From NCBI RefSeq assembly GCF_006345805.1, contig NC_042998.1:51026001-51090000 (forward strand): a stretch of DNA of 64,000 nt. The letters are read 5' to 3'. The notes below the pieces were generated by a model that made no database searches, was not told the origin of the DNA, and was given only the letters and a program-made list of their open reading frames with translations. Of the stretch, positions 25,613-39,202 are shown in pieces. This DNA is from Octopus sinensis (lineage: Eukaryota). The position numbers were made by a program, and so were the translations under genes. Numbering within the stretch: the stretch's first letter is position 1; each line of letters opens with the position of its first letter.

Positions 25613-25680
25613 GAACACAGAAAGAAACAAGAAGAGGAAAAAAATGTGTGTAGTGGCTACTGCTCTATCATATATAGACA

Positions 25681-25714
<34 letters not shown>

Positions 25715-26324
25715 CATACATACACACACTACACACATGGAGAATAAGAAGAATATGTGTCTGCGTGTGTGTATGTATATCAAAACATAAAAGTGTCCAC
25801 CTTAACGATAAGTGTGTAACTTCCCAAATGAATTTATGAAAGACTCAATGTAGTTCTATGGACTAATTATGAATTACTGTACCAACAACTTCAGACAAGG
25901 ATTGGCTTAATAAAAATTACATGAAAATTCAGATGACCAAACCATGCACAAAATTATGTTGTTGGATAAATTAATAAATATTTTATACCATCGTTTTGAT
26001 TAATGCATAGTTTTAGTTACTTAATAATTTGCTTGATTAGTTCTGAATAGTAAGGTCGTTTTGCAATCAATAAAAAGTAAGTTATTAATGAGAAGACAAG
26101 CCTGGATGCAATGCCAATATAACCGGCAAGTTAATAATATTAGTCAAGCCATCTGCCTCTATCAGCTTGTGAAACTCTGTCTTTCCTAGTTAATTATTGC
26201 ATTCAAATGAATCATGCTCTAAGAAGGATAAACTCGGAAATTTCAACACATTAATAATCAGAATGTCACAAAAAAAGAAAATAGATAAATGAGAAAAAAT
26301 AAAAGAAGACCATTCTGTTCTTAC

Positions 26325-26436
26325 TTTTTCTTTCGTCTTTTCTTCTTCTTCTTTGTACTGGTCTTTTTGTTTGAAGTGATAAAATCTTTTGAATCATCTT
26401 CACCAAAATATTCTTCTTCCTCTTCACCAACACTCA
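26325..26436 (-). CDS. Internal or first coding exon of an unidentified host gene: xSVGEEEEEYFGEDDSKDFITSNKKTSTKKKKKRRKKx (acidic patch followed by NLS-like basic run)
   Basis: Minus strand reads tttgtgtctgcag|TG AGT GTT...AAG AAA AA|gtaaga. 112 nt, phase 1 to phase 2, open frame, non-repetitive sequence with protein-like composition. Confidence 0.7.
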
Positions 26437-27822
26437 CTGCAGACACAAATATGAATATAAATACAATTAACTTTATATGCAATGATGATACTGCATAGAA
26501 ATGATTGGAATGATATTGCTGCTACACATACAAACATGTAAGACTTGCATAACAAATTTTAAAATGTCCATCCAACCAATCAGTAAAGACTGATTAAAAA
26601 TGCTTTCCACTCTTCTGAATTATTAAGCTGTGCACTGGCTCACATCAAGCCTGCTCAGTAGTTTTTGTCTTTTCTCCACTCCTCACCATCAGTACTCACA
26701 CCAAGGACCTTGTTCAATCAACCCTCCACAGAACTATGAATATTTGGAAGCATGGCACGTAAAAGGTACCATTCGAGTGTGTTCGTTACCAGTGTCGCCT
26801 TACTGGCACCTGTGCCGGTGGCATGTGTAAAAAGATTCGAGCGAGGTCATTGTCAGTACCACCTGATTGGCCCCCATGCCAGTGGCACATAAAAAGCACC
26901 CACTACACTCTCGGAGTGGTTGGTGTTAGGAAGGGCGTCCAGCTGTAGAAACTCTGCCAGATCAAGATTGGAGCCTGGTGCAGCCATCTGGTTCGCCAGC
27001 CCTCAGTCAAAATCATCCAACCCATGCTAGCATGAAAGCGGACATTAAACAAACTTCTCCATATTTTCTTTATGAGTGCCAATGTACAAAAGTTCAAGTA
27101 GAATATGAACCATAACATCTACAGTGTGGGTGTGCAAAGCTCATACAAACACCATAATGTTGAACTCCTCTTCTGCTAACTAAATAATTATTCCAATCTC
27201 TGGCACAAGGTCAGCAATTTTAGGAGTGGAGGAGGGTCAAGTTGATTAGATCAACATCAATGCTTGACTGCTACTTTGTTTTCTTGACCCCAAAGGGATG
27301 AAGGGCAAAGTCAAACTCAATGAGATTTAAACTCAGAACAATTCTAAGTAAATAATGGTTTCAAATTCTGGATACATGGCCAGAAGTTTTAGAGGTCAGT
27401 GGGGTAAGTCAATTACATTGACACCAATACTTGACTGGTATTTATTAATATTACTTCTAAATAATGGTTTTGGCACAAGACCAGCAATTTTGGGGGAGAG
27501 GTTAAGCCATTTATATTGTCCCCAGTACTCAACTGGTACTTAATTTATTGACCATAAAAGGATGAAAGGCAAAGTCAACCTTGGCAAAATTTGAACTCAG
27601 AACATAAAGAGGGACAAAATACCACTAGGCATTTTGCCCGGTGTACTACCAATTCTGACAGCTCGCCACCTTACTTCTAATTAAATAATTTTGGGGTAGA
27701 GGACTAGTCGATTACATCGACCCTAGTATTTCACTGGTACTTAATTTATCAGGGACAAAATACCATGAAGCGTTTTGTCTGATGTGCTAACATTTCTGCC
27801 AGTTCACCGCCTTATTTCTAAA

Positions 27823-27950
27823 CTAGCAATATAACCTGGCCTTGCCCGGGATCAAGTTACGATTATTAAGCTAATCAAGTTCTTTATTTCAAACCAAACT
27901 AAGTAATAGAGACATCAAATTTGGGCAAAATCCGTTGAAATTAGTTATAT
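27823..27950 (-). mobile_element. Helitron 3' fragment
   Basis: Minus strand cccgggcaaggccagg-ttatattg-CTAG|T, same end architecture as at 41507. Confidence 0.6.
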
Positions 27951-28254
27951 TATATATATATATTATAAATATTATATATATATATAATATAATATAAATA
28001 TATATGGGCAACAGACACAAACACACATACACACACGTACATACATACACCTATTGCATGTTTTGTGCACGCATACATGTTCATAAACAGAAATGAATGG
28101 AAAAACTGTTGCACAATTTTCACTAAGGATAAAAATCGTTTTTTTTGCATAGAATCAACTACTCTGGCATCAAAACCCTTTTTGTGGAGTGGGGTGTGGT
28201 GGAAGCCTCACAAATTGTATCCATTTATATTGTGTAATTCAATGACAAATTGTT

Positions 28255-28356
28255 ACTCACCTCTTTGTTTCTTTGTTGTTAAATAAATGGATGGTCAACA
28301 AAACACTTTTTTACTTGGCGTAAAATAAAAACAAAACTCTTTCATACCCAAAGTAA

Positions 28357-28395
<39 letters not shown>

Positions 28396-28830
28396 AGAAA
28401 GATGAACGATTTAAAATAAATATATTGTAATTGTTGTGTGAGAAAGTATATATACTATGATTATAAAATATAGCGTGCCTTTCAAAAACAAAACATTTTA
28501 CATTTTATTTTTTATGAATGTAGTCACTTACTCTCTCTCTCCCTCTCTCACTTTGTCTTTCCCGTGAAACTCTGCCTCCTTCTTCCACTTTTCTTTATCT
28601 TATTTTTTTTTTGTTAGACGCCATCAAAAAGCAATGGCTGATATTTGTTATGGTTAAAAGCTATGGTTGAAAATGGTTGAAAATAGATTTTTACTCTATC
28701 CGCAGGTGCCTCGGAAAAAAACAAGTTGAAAAAACCCAGATAGGATGTTGACAACTGTCCTCCTAAAATTTGAGTGACATGCGTGCTAAATTGTGAACGA
28801 GCATAAATTACAATCACGTACACACACTCG
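28255..28830 (-). promoter_or_regulatory. Probable internal/alternative promoter and first-exon region of the minus-strand gene
   Basis: About 11 CpG in unique sequence. Two consensus minus-strand donors: GAG|GTGAGT (28255-28260) and AGA|GTAAGT (28526-28531), about 2 kb upstream of the 26436 exon. Confidence 0.4.
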
Positions 28831-29351
28831 CACACACATCCTCCCTTTTATAGATATGATAAATAAGATGGGGAAAATAGAATTTATGTAATGATACAAC
28901 ATTCTGAATGTTGAGAAAATATCAGCTTCTTTCTTGCTTTCTTTTTTCTTTTTGTTATTTTGCTTTTCTTTTTTTTTGTTGTTATTTTGCTTTTTTTTTT
29001 GTTATTTTGTTATTTTGCTTTTCTTCATGTCTTAAGATGACTCAGAAGAAGGTTAGCTACCAAATCTTTATGGAACAATTGTTACTGATTTTGCTTCTTT
29101 TGCATAACTGTTTCAAATGGAAGAACAGGATGTGTGAGTGTGTGTATGCGTGTATGTATGCACATGTGTGTGTGTACATGCAAGTTGCTTGTATGTATAG
29201 TATAAAGCAAGAATTCTTAATTTTTTGACACCCATAACCCATTTTGTTAAAACAATAATCCTGGGTGACCCACTTTCAAATATTTAAAATTCAAACAACT
29301 ATCAAAGCATTTCAAAACATTTCTAAAGGAATATATTACAATGTGGCACAC

Positions 29352-29582
29352 TTAACCCTTTTGCTACTGTATTTATTTTGAGATGCTCTGTGTTTCTTTC
29401 AATGACTTTAAATATAACAAAGGATTTAGTAAAATAACTTAGTTATCATTAAGCTAGTGTTAGGAACATAAATTGTGACTAAGCTTTGGTGGAAGATTTT
29501 AATTAAAAAATTATGAAAACGAGACATTTGTACTGAGAGCCAGAGCCGGTTTCAGCTGGTGGGTTGGTAATGAAAGGGTTAA
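29352..29582 (+). mobile_element. piggyBac-like MITE, family 1
   Basis: TTAA-CCCTT...AAGGG-TTAA; body shared with 38636-38873 and 50974-51201. Confidence 0.8.
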
Positions 29583-30971
29583 TGTTTGATACTTTTTTTG
29601 AGAAATATCCATTCCATTTTGTTTCCAGTTAATTTTGGTTAGTGCCCGTATGTACATGCCATATTGTGTAACACATTCATGAATATTTTACATTCTATAA
29701 AATTTTCATCAAATATTTGGCGTTAGGAAGGGCATCCAGCTGTAGAAACATTGCCAGATAAGACTGGAGCCTGGTGTAGCCTTCTGGCTTCCCAGATCCC
29801 CGGTCGAACCGTCCAACCCATGCTAGCATGGAGAACGGACATTAAACGATGATGATGATGATGATTTGAAAATAAGATGGTTTAGCTTTGTACTGAGGTT
29901 CATAGCTTAGGAACAACTGGTATTTATAAAACTGATGACCCACAATCATAAACATGATTTGTTTCAAACTATCCACAACAATGCCAGGAAAAAATTTTTT
30001 TAAAGCAATTCACCTGAGATACTGGTAATGGTGAATAAAAATTAGGAATTTCATGAAATTTCATATGACACCAATCAATCCCTTTAAATATTTTTTGTAG
30101 TACTAAAACAGAAATATAAACAGCAAAAGCCTTGAAATAGAAAATAAAGTTAAGTATATGTTACTTTAATTTAAAGCACTTGTAGCTATTAAATATTAGA
30201 AATGGATATGGGATTTGATTAAAAATTGGTACTCATGAATAAAACAATTTTGCAAGATGTGCTAAAGAGAAAGCTTCTTGCCCTCCTGGAAATAGCAGCC
30301 AAATTTCCCTCCTCAAATTATATCTTGTCTGAGAATAAAGATAGATCATCCTGACTAGAAGGCTTTTAGTACTAATTCCACTCAGTCAGAGTTGAACTGG
30401 AAGATAAAGAATGACTTTCACAGATATGTTGTTATATCTTTGGTGAAGGTACTTTGATGTTACAATTCAGAGTATTGTCAAGAATAGATAACAGATCTTA
30501 AGCCAAGTTACTATTGCAATTAGGAATTCAAAAAAGACTTCTCAAGCTTCTGGTTAATTACATAAGCTGCAAACATATGCATTGATTCTGTATCTATGTA
30601 ATTCCTCAAATAATTCAAGAAATGATCTAATAGTCTCCATTGGAAGTATCTTCTACAAAAGCCTTGGGCCAAACAAAGCCTTGTCAGGGTACTTGGTGGA
30701 CAAATTAAGGAAGACCTGTCGTGTATGAGTGTGTATGTGTATATATGTATGTATATGTGTGTGTGGGGGAGTGTAAATGTCAAATGATGAAATGAATGCT
30801 CAACACCACATTGGTGGATATACAATTTTTTTATTTTGTGAATTAAGGCTACCATTGGTTTCATGCTAAAAAAAATAGGAAAATATCCTAGTGTCTTAAC
30901 AATTTTTCAAGCCAATCACAGGGAGAAAAGTGTTTACTTCCATTTTAGAAAACAGTCTCATACACATATAT

Positions 30972-31180
30972 GAGTGTGGGTTGAAAAGTTCCTGGCTTTG
31001 GGTAAAAGTAAATACAGGAGGATCAGTTAATTATGATTCTATTGAACATATTCCTCTCTCAAATTCACACACTTATTGCAGGGGTCCTTCAGTTTTTCTA
31101 AGCTCTGTAAAAAAATTGGAAAGATTGGGCCTCCAACTAGGCTTTTCACAATACCCTTAAAGCCAGGAACTTTTCAATAC
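30972..31180. mobile_element. Mariner-type MITE (also about 40458-40625 and about 40978-41585)
   Basis: TIR ttgaaaagttcctggcttt / aaagccaggaacttttcaa. Confidence 0.75.
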
Positions 31181-31219
31181 ATATATACATATATATATAT
31201 ACATATACACATACATACA

Positions 31220-31255
<36 letters not shown>

Positions 31256-31266
31256 TATATGTAAAT

Positions 31267-31440
31267 AGGCGTAGGAGTGGCTGTGTTGTAAGTAGCTTGC
31301 TTACGAACCACATGGTTCTGGATTCAGTCCCACTGCATGGCACCTTGGGCAAGTGTCTTCTACTATAGCCTCAGGCCGACCAAAGTCTTGTGAGTGGATT
31401 TGGTAGTCAGAAACTGAAAGAAGCCCATCATATATATGTG

Positions 31441-31471
<31 letters not shown>

Positions 31472-31666
31472 GTATGTACGTATGTATGTATGTGTGTGTA
31501 TATGTTTGTGTGTTTGTTCCCCCAACATCACTTGACAAATGATACTGGTGTGTTTACGTACCCGTAACTTAGTGGTCCGGCAAAAGAGACCGATAGAATA
31601 AGTACAAGGCTTACAAAGAATAAGTCCTCCAGCATGGTCACAGTCAAATGACTGAAACAAGTAAAA
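31267..31666 (+). mobile_element. SINE family A copy
   Basis: Colinear with 46541-46998. Confidence 0.85.
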
Positions 31667-31674
31667 CAGTATAT

Positions 31675-31985
31675 AGTGGTTAGGGTATTGCTTAGTGGTC
31701 AGGATGTTGCACTCATAATTGCAAGATCGTGGGTTTGATGCCCAGACCAGGGGTTGCATTGTAATCTTGAACAAAGCACTTCAATTCACATTGCTCTGTG
31801 ACCATTTCATCACCTGACATGTGGCACATGGTGCACCTGTACAGGTAATGTCGATTTGAAGGTGGGAGTGAGCTTATGTATACACAAACATTTGATCACT
31901 ATAAACAAATCATCTGTGTGGTTGTCCGGCAAGAAATTGCTAAACCCTCATATGTCGTTTAACGACAGGAGAGTCCATGATGATA
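31675..31985 (+). mobile_element. tRNA-head SINE family E (also about 49437-49690 +, 54305-54580 +, 61620-61870 -)
   Basis: agtggttagggt...cttgaacaaagcacttc...acatttgatcactataaacaaatcat shared by four loci. Confidence 0.7.
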
Positions 31986-32579
31986 TATGTATGTAGAAAC
32001 ACAGATAAACACAAAGAGGCTTAATGAGTGTATTTACATGAAATACAAAATACAGGAACAAAGTAAATGAAAGGAAAGATATCATAGGTTTATCTTGACA
32101 GCTGTTTCAGGAACACTATGGCTTATGTCATAATCATGTTCACACATCATATAGACTCATGATATTGTAGGTGTATATAATAAAATAAGTACCTATGGAA
32201 CTGTTAAGGAGAAGATAACTTTCAAGGTCAGCAGTCGGGTTTCAAGTTCTCATCTACTTAAGCAATACTCTGTGGATACCTATACCATGTTTACTTTATG
32301 TTCTCCCACATAAGAAATATGTGTTGGTCATTTTAACTAATTGTGCTGTTAAATTATAAGAAAAATTTGAAGATGTAACCAGTCTCCATATTCTTCGTAA
32401 CTGTTTTGGATATATATATACATACACACACACACACACACACACAAGTATAGATGATATATAGATACATACATACATACATATATAGCTTAGGCATTGC
32501 TATTCTAATAACCTGGAATAGAATTCCGTATTCATATGCTTTAGAACAAAGTGTTAGTTGAGCACAGAGTAGTAATACG

Positions 32580-32761
32580 AAATTGAGATGACAAAGGAAT
32601 AAATAATTATGTTATGAACTTCACCGGCTTACAGCTGTTTCTGCTATAGGATGCAGCTGATTGAAGAACTCAAACAGGAGTCTACTGCATCTTATAGCAG
32701 AAACAACTGTAAGCTAATGAAATTCATAAGATAATTGTTTATTCCTTTGTTGTCTCAATTT
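32580..32761. repeat. About 180-bp fold-back, probably PLE-derived
   Basis: About 76-bp arms, roughly 85% complementary by eye; each carries GAAACA(G/A)CTGTAAG. Confidence 0.85.
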
Positions 32762-32771
32762 CTTTTACATT

Positions 32772-32816
<45 letters not shown>

Positions 32817-33879
32817 GCGTGTGTATGTGTGTGTGTGTATGTGTGTATTTGTGTCTGTCTGTCTGTGTTTGACCTCCCACCATCACTTGACGACTGATGA
32901 TGGTGTGTTTACATCCCTGTAACTTAGCAGTTTGTCAAAATAGACTGATAGAATAAGTACTAGGCTTACAAAGAAAAAGTCCTGGGGTCAATTGTTCAAC
33001 TAAAGGCTGGTGCTCCAGCATGGCCACAGTCAAATGACTGAAACAAGTAAAAGAATAAAAGAATATATATATGAGAATGAATTAGAAAGTAATGCAATTT
33101 TTATTTGCATTACTTTCTGACTCACCCTCATATGCATGTATGCATGCATATACGTATGTATGTATGTATGAGGGGGCGTGTCATGTAGGTAGGCAAGGTA
33201 GGCAGTGCCTACCTTGAATAAAATAAATTGAAAGCAACATTTTCCCCTCATGGCAAAATATGCAACTAATTCAATAAAATTATGAAGGGTACTCTGATTA
33301 CTATGCATAAAATGCAAAGTATTATTTTTTTATTTAGATTAGGTCGGCATAATTTGTCCCTGCTTTTCAATCTCAGTATTTAAACTATGCATAGAAGTAA
33401 TGTAGTACACTTGCTATGTACACTCCTACAACGTTTTCTTTACATGCTATAAAGGCAGATATATAAATATGCCTATAACTCAGTCACACGCCTGTGTTTT
33501 GCTTATTTTTTGTGTGTTTTACTACACAAAGGTTACCAACTGCCTACCCTGAGCAATTACTGATGGCACAAGCCTATTATGTATGTATGTATGTATGTAT
33601 GCATGTATGTATGTATGTATGCATGTATGTATGCATATATGTATGTGTGTGTTACTGTCTCCTTGTCTTAACATCACATGATTGTTTTAAATGAGTTGTC
33701 ACTAACTCGCAAATAGAAACCATTTCCTATCTTTCATGAAAACATGTCTGGCCTTGAGGAAATATTAGTTTGCTTGCAAACGTGTGAGGGTTGGTGTCAG
33801 GAAGGGCATCCAGCCATGGATAATCAGCCTCAACAAATTCCATCCAACCCATGTAGCATGGCAAAGTGGACATTAAAAT

Positions 33880-33920
<41 letters not shown>

Positions 33921-33946
33921 AGGTATGATAATGATGACAGTGATAA

Positions 33947-33980
<34 letters not shown>

Positions 33981-34006
33981 GGTGATGGTAGTGGTGATGA
34001 CGATAT

Positions 34007-34040
<34 letters not shown>

Positions 34041-34714
34041 AGAGATATGCTACAGCTTTAGGCGAATGTCAGAAAAACCATTATAAACCTTTGATGCTGT
34101 AAAGTAAACCTATACTGTGAACAACACTATCCAATATTTGATCCAGTGTAAACAAGGAACTATATAGCAAGTCAGTGCAAACAGTTACCATGAATTTCAT
34201 ATAAAAAGCAGGATTCATGTTTATATAAGCAGCCTGTATCAATATCATCAATTAAGTAGAGGTCACATACCAGGTGGTATCATTAAAATTACACCCCACA
34301 GCACTGCAAGGAACCAACAGCATCAAAGACTTATAATACACTGACACAAGTTAATGAAAATATTTCCAGAAAATTAGAGGTTAAAGATCAAGTTGTTAAG
34401 ATTAAATGTTAATTAGAGCATGTTGTTTCTGTTGTTTAGCCTTCAAATCAGCCTTGAACAAGCAGGCATGATTTGATGCACTTTATACATCACCAGTATT
34501 TTTTTTGTATAATTTTCATATATAGGTACAGGTGTGGCTGTGTGTTAAGAAGCTTGCTTGCCAACCACGTGGTTCCAGGTTCAGTTCCATGGAATGTTAC
34601 CTTGGGCAAGTGTCTTCTTCTATATCCTTGACCAAACCAAAGCTTTGTGAGTGGATTTGGTAAACAGAAACTGAAACAAGCCCATCATATATATACATAT
34701 ATACATATACATAC

Positions 34715-34746
<32 letters not shown>

Positions 34747-34865
34747 TTATGTATATATGTTTGTATATATATATATATATGTATATATACGTATATATTA
34801 TGTATATATACGTATATATATTATGTATATATATGTATATATATATATGTGTATATATATATATA

Positions 34866-35225
34866 TCATCATCATCATCATCATCATCGTTTAGCGTCCG
34901 TTTTCCATGCTAGCATGGATTGGACGGTTCTACTGGGGTCTGTGAAGCCAGAAGGCTTCATCAGGCCCAGTCAAATCTGGCAGTGTTTCTACGGCTGGAT
35001 GCCCTTCCTAACGCCAACCACTCCGTGAGTGTAGTGGGTGCTTTTTACGTGCCACCCGCACTGGTGCCAGACAGAGCTGGCAAACGGCCACGAACGGATG
35101 GTGTTTTTTATGTGCCACCGGCACGAGGGCCAGGCGAGGCTGGCAATGGACATGAAACGGGACGGTGCTGGCAACGGTCGCGCAACGGAAAGTTCTCTTA
35201 CATGCCACCGGCACTGGTAACACAT
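34866..35225 (-). mobile_element. SINE family C copy (same young subfamily as 283-617)
   Basis: The ORFs at 348 and 34920 are near-identical. Confidence 0.85.
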
Positions 35226-37750
35226 CTGCAATTTCCATTGATCGATTTATATATATATATATATAATATATATATATATACGAGTCCGCTGCTCTAACCA
35301 CTAGGCCATGTGCCTCTACATACTATGTAGTTGCTGATATACAAAAAAAAATAAATAAAAAGAAAAGAAAAATAGCAGATGGCCATGGTTGGAATCCTTT
35401 TGCTCAAGGTTGACCTAGACTAAATAATGTCAACAATAACATTGTAATTATTGATTTCAAATTTTGACACAAGGCCAGCAATTTTCAGGCAGGGTAAGTC
35501 GATTATGTTAACCCCAGTGCTCAACTAGTACTTATTTTATCAACCTTGAAAGGATGAGAGGTAAAGTTAGCCTTAGTGGATTCGAACTCAGAACACAAAG
35601 AGAAATGAAACGCTGTATGCTAACAATTCTGCTAGCTCACCACCTTTATAAGATCCTAATTATTATTATCAAATATCTAGTCCTCGGCATGCAATATAGT
35701 AAGACATCAAGGAAGAGGATCTGTGACCTTTTCTTTCTCAGTCGAAATCACTTTACTATACTTATGCTGTTAATGTCCTTCAGAATAGGCAAAAAAAAAA
35801 AAAAAAATCAGATGTATCTATTTTCTCATCCTTATACCATTCTGGTCGCTTGCTTAAGTAAAAATCAATTATTCTTCCATATAAGTATTAAAGAGAACCA
35901 TTATGTTTCCTAGAATCCTTGAAAGTAAATCAAAGATAACATAACATACATTCATGAAATGTAAACATTTTACAAAATTCACCATGTAGAATTTATAGCC
36001 ACAGTTATTTTTTCCATTTATTTTTTCTCTCTTTGGTTTTATATCGGTAATGGTATTTAAAATATTTAGTCTTTAATTTGTGCTTTCAGTACTTTATCTT
36101 ACTTAAGACCATTGAATTTCCAGATTATGTTTAATGGAATCTTACTGTTCCATGTAATCAATTGCATTAATTTCTTTTAAAATGTTCTCAGAATTTGTAA
36201 TACTTTTCCATATTTATTTTTTTTATTCCTTTTTGATCTCATTTGTCAAAATGTCTTGATTTTATCGTCTTTCTAATAATCTTCCTTTTCTCCTTTTTTT
36301 TTTTCCCCAATTTCCTAAATACATTTAGATATTCTTTGTACCTGACAGTTCTCGAAAGTGATTTTGCTAATTCTGATGCAGTAAATACAAATAAATTGAC
36401 TTGTTGCCTATCTGAATGAAAAACTTGGCTACTACAAAAATATATTTCAGAGAGAGTTTCACTTGAGTGAGTCAAATTATTTTTCCTTTTTTTCATTTCC
36501 CAAGAGTTAACAAGAAACTTTGTAAAAAAAAAAAAAAATTACATTTTTTTTTTTTTCCTGATTTGAAGGTGTAGTTAAAAATAAATAAATGACAATAGAA
36601 TTGAACTATGACAGAAATTTCAATGAAACAGAATTTTTATAACCTGAAGAAATTTCTAAGAAATACAAATTCAGAATGATAATAAATTAGACTATTTGTC
36701 AATATATTATTTCTTAGACAATAAGCCGTTGAACAAAATTATCTTACTATTTGTAACACACCGATAACATACTACAACAATCTGGAAGTTCATGTACAAT
36801 TTATGTCCAATTTACCTGCTAGCATCAACACCTACACATGGAGCAGTTTCTCATCAATATCAATCAGGTGAGCATTTCTCATTATCAATTACATAGAGAC
36901 AATCTTAATTAAATTTAGACTGGTGTTTTCAAGTAGACATCTAGCACCTACTTGTCAAGAGGAGTTTAACCTCTGACCTTCTATTTCTATATGATGGAGT
37001 GACTACATGTAGCTAGAAGCCTTTATATAGTTATTAGACCTGCTAAACAACAGCAACCAAATCTCCCTCAAATCCCATCATACCATCTTAGAAAATGAAG
37101 ACATATTGGGCAAAATGTCTCTGGGTGCACTGTGATTAGGAAAAAGATTGGATATTCATAGTTGGAATGTCTTTGATCAGAGATCTGCTCAATCACAGCT
37201 GGCCTGAGTCTAAACAAGATCATCATCATCATTATCCTCATCATCGTTTAACATCTGTTTTCCATGCTAGCATGGGTTAGACGGTTGAACGGGGTCTGGG
37301 AAGCTAGGAGGCTGCACCAGGCTCCAGTCTGATCTGGCAGTGTTTCTACAGCTGGATGTCCTTCCTAACACCAACCACTCTGTGAGTGTTGTGGGTGCTT
37401 TTTACGTGCCACCGGCACAGGTGACAGGGGACGCTGGCAACGGCCACAATCGGTTGGTGATGTGATGCATCATTAACAGATAGCAAGTTTGGCAGTCATT
37501 AGTGCATCAAGTAAAAAGATAAGCATTATTAAATCCAGATAAGGTGGGGAGCTGGCATAATCATTAGCACACTGGGTGGAATGCTTGGTGGCAATTCGTC
37601 AGTCTTTACTTTCTGAGTTCAAATTCTACCAAGGTCGACAACTTTGCCTTTCCTCCTTAAGGGGTCAATAAAATAAGTACCAGTTGGGAAGTGGAGGTTG
37701 AGATAATCGATATACCTCCTCCTCCAAAATTGCTGGTCTTGTGTCAAAAT

Positions 37751-38272
37751 TTGGGCGTTTCTTCGATATAACTCGACAAACTCAACATTTGTTAACATTT
37801 GACTTCGGGTATTTCCGTGACAGTTCCTGAAATGGGAGGAAGAGAAGAAAGCTAATGGGTTGTGTGTGCATGCTTGTTCTTGTGTGTGTGTGTGTGTGCG
37901 TCCTTGCTCTTGTCCGTGTATGCTTGTTCTTGTCTGTATCTGTGTGTGTGCCTGTTCTGTTTTTATGTACTTATGTGTTATGGAATATAGATATAATAAA
38001 AATTATGCCAGCAATATCGCATTTTAAACTTGAAGAAAAAAAAAGCCTTGCATATTTGTTCTTACCTGCTTCATGTGTGTGTGTAAAATCCACAAATTTC
38101 CAAGCAGAAAACAGAATCGAAGTTTACACAGACACAGACAAGAGCAAGCATGCACACACAACCCATTAGCTTTCTTCTCTTCTTCCTCTCATCTCAGCAA
38201 CTGTCACAGAATTACCCGAAGTCAAATGTTGTTAAATGCTTAGTTTGTCGAGTTATATCGAACGAATGCCAA
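37751..38272. mobile_element. MITE with about 150-bp TIRs inserted into a SINE B tail
   Basis: ttcgatataactcgacaaact...gacttcgggta mirrored at 38150-38272. Confidence 0.8.
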
Positions 38273-38635
38273 AATGTGAAACCATTTTTAATTCCAGATA
38301 ACTGAACTCTGAATTTAAATCCCATTGAAGTTAACTTTGTCCACCATTCTTCTGGAGTCAGTAAATAAAGTACCAGTCAAAGACTAGGGGGTGATTCTTC
38401 TCCCCTTTCTCTCTCTCACTTCCTCCCTCTCGCTTTCTCTCTCTCTCTAACCAGGCTATATTGTACTGTGAGAAGAATCATGTGGAACCACACAGAGTGT
38501 TCTTTTGTCAGAAATGGAGAAAAATTGAGTGATGATAATTTTGCAGATTCTTCTCATAAAATTGAACCAATGTGCAATTCAGCAGAAAATGGAATTAATG
38601 AAGGAAGAGAGGTTCTAATTAAGTTTCACATCTCC

Positions 38636-38873
38636 TTAACCCTTTCGTAACTGTATTTATTTTGAGATGCTCTGTGTTTCTTTCAGGTATTTAAAATATA
38701 ACAAAGAATTTAGTAAAATAATTTAGTTATCATTCAGCTAGTGTTAGGAACATAAATTGTGACTGAGGAAGGTTTGGTGGAAGACTTTAATTCAAAAATT
38801 ATGAAAACAGGACATTTGTACTTGGAGCCAGTTTGGTAGCCAGTTTCAGCCAGTTTGGTAGCAAAAGGGTTAA
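38636..38873 (+). mobile_element. piggyBac-like MITE, family 1
   Basis: TTAA-CCCTTT...AAAGGG-TTAA. Confidence 0.8.
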
Positions 38874-39062
38874 TTGTATAATTCTTTCAGCTTGCAAGCA
38901 AGCTGAACTTGACGGCAGCACACCTATGCAAATCTAGTACATCCATCATCTCCTCCTTAAAACAATTGCTTCTACTACATTTCATTCCCCAGGGCCCTCA
39001 CTAACCACAGCATCCAATTTTACCAGTTACCAAATGTCATCACTCAAGAAATCTCTCCTTAC

Positions 39063-39099
39063 ATATGATTTTCCTGTAAAAGATTCAAAGATATTGAAC
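39063..39099 (-). CDS. Candidate 37-nt exon (RFNIFESFTGKSY or GSISLNLLQENH)
   Basis: Strong acceptor cagttttattttcag| and donor TAT|gtaagg; two frames open. Confidence 0.25.
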
Positions 39100-39202
39100 C
39101 TGAAAATAAAACTGCATTGATATCACCAGCCTTAGGAAAACTGTGAACATCAAGGGAACAGCCAAGCAAATCCATAAAAAGACAAATCAGATTGTTCTAG
39201 AT

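Noticed and set aside
29037-29051. 15-nt plus-strand microexon after a long T-rich tract
   Set aside because: The tract is a degenerate ttttgtta repeat and there is no plus-strand gene context.
33744-34086. Acidic Asp/Gly ORF
   Set aside because: SINE tail plus (GAT)n expansion.
36823-36867. Plus-strand 45-nt exon candidate with CAG|gtgagc
   Set aside because: All three frames are open, so there is no coding evidence.
38512-38611. Plus-strand open segment (NGEKLSDDNFADSSHKIEPMCNSAENG)
   Set aside because: Good acceptor but no credible donor; unlinked.
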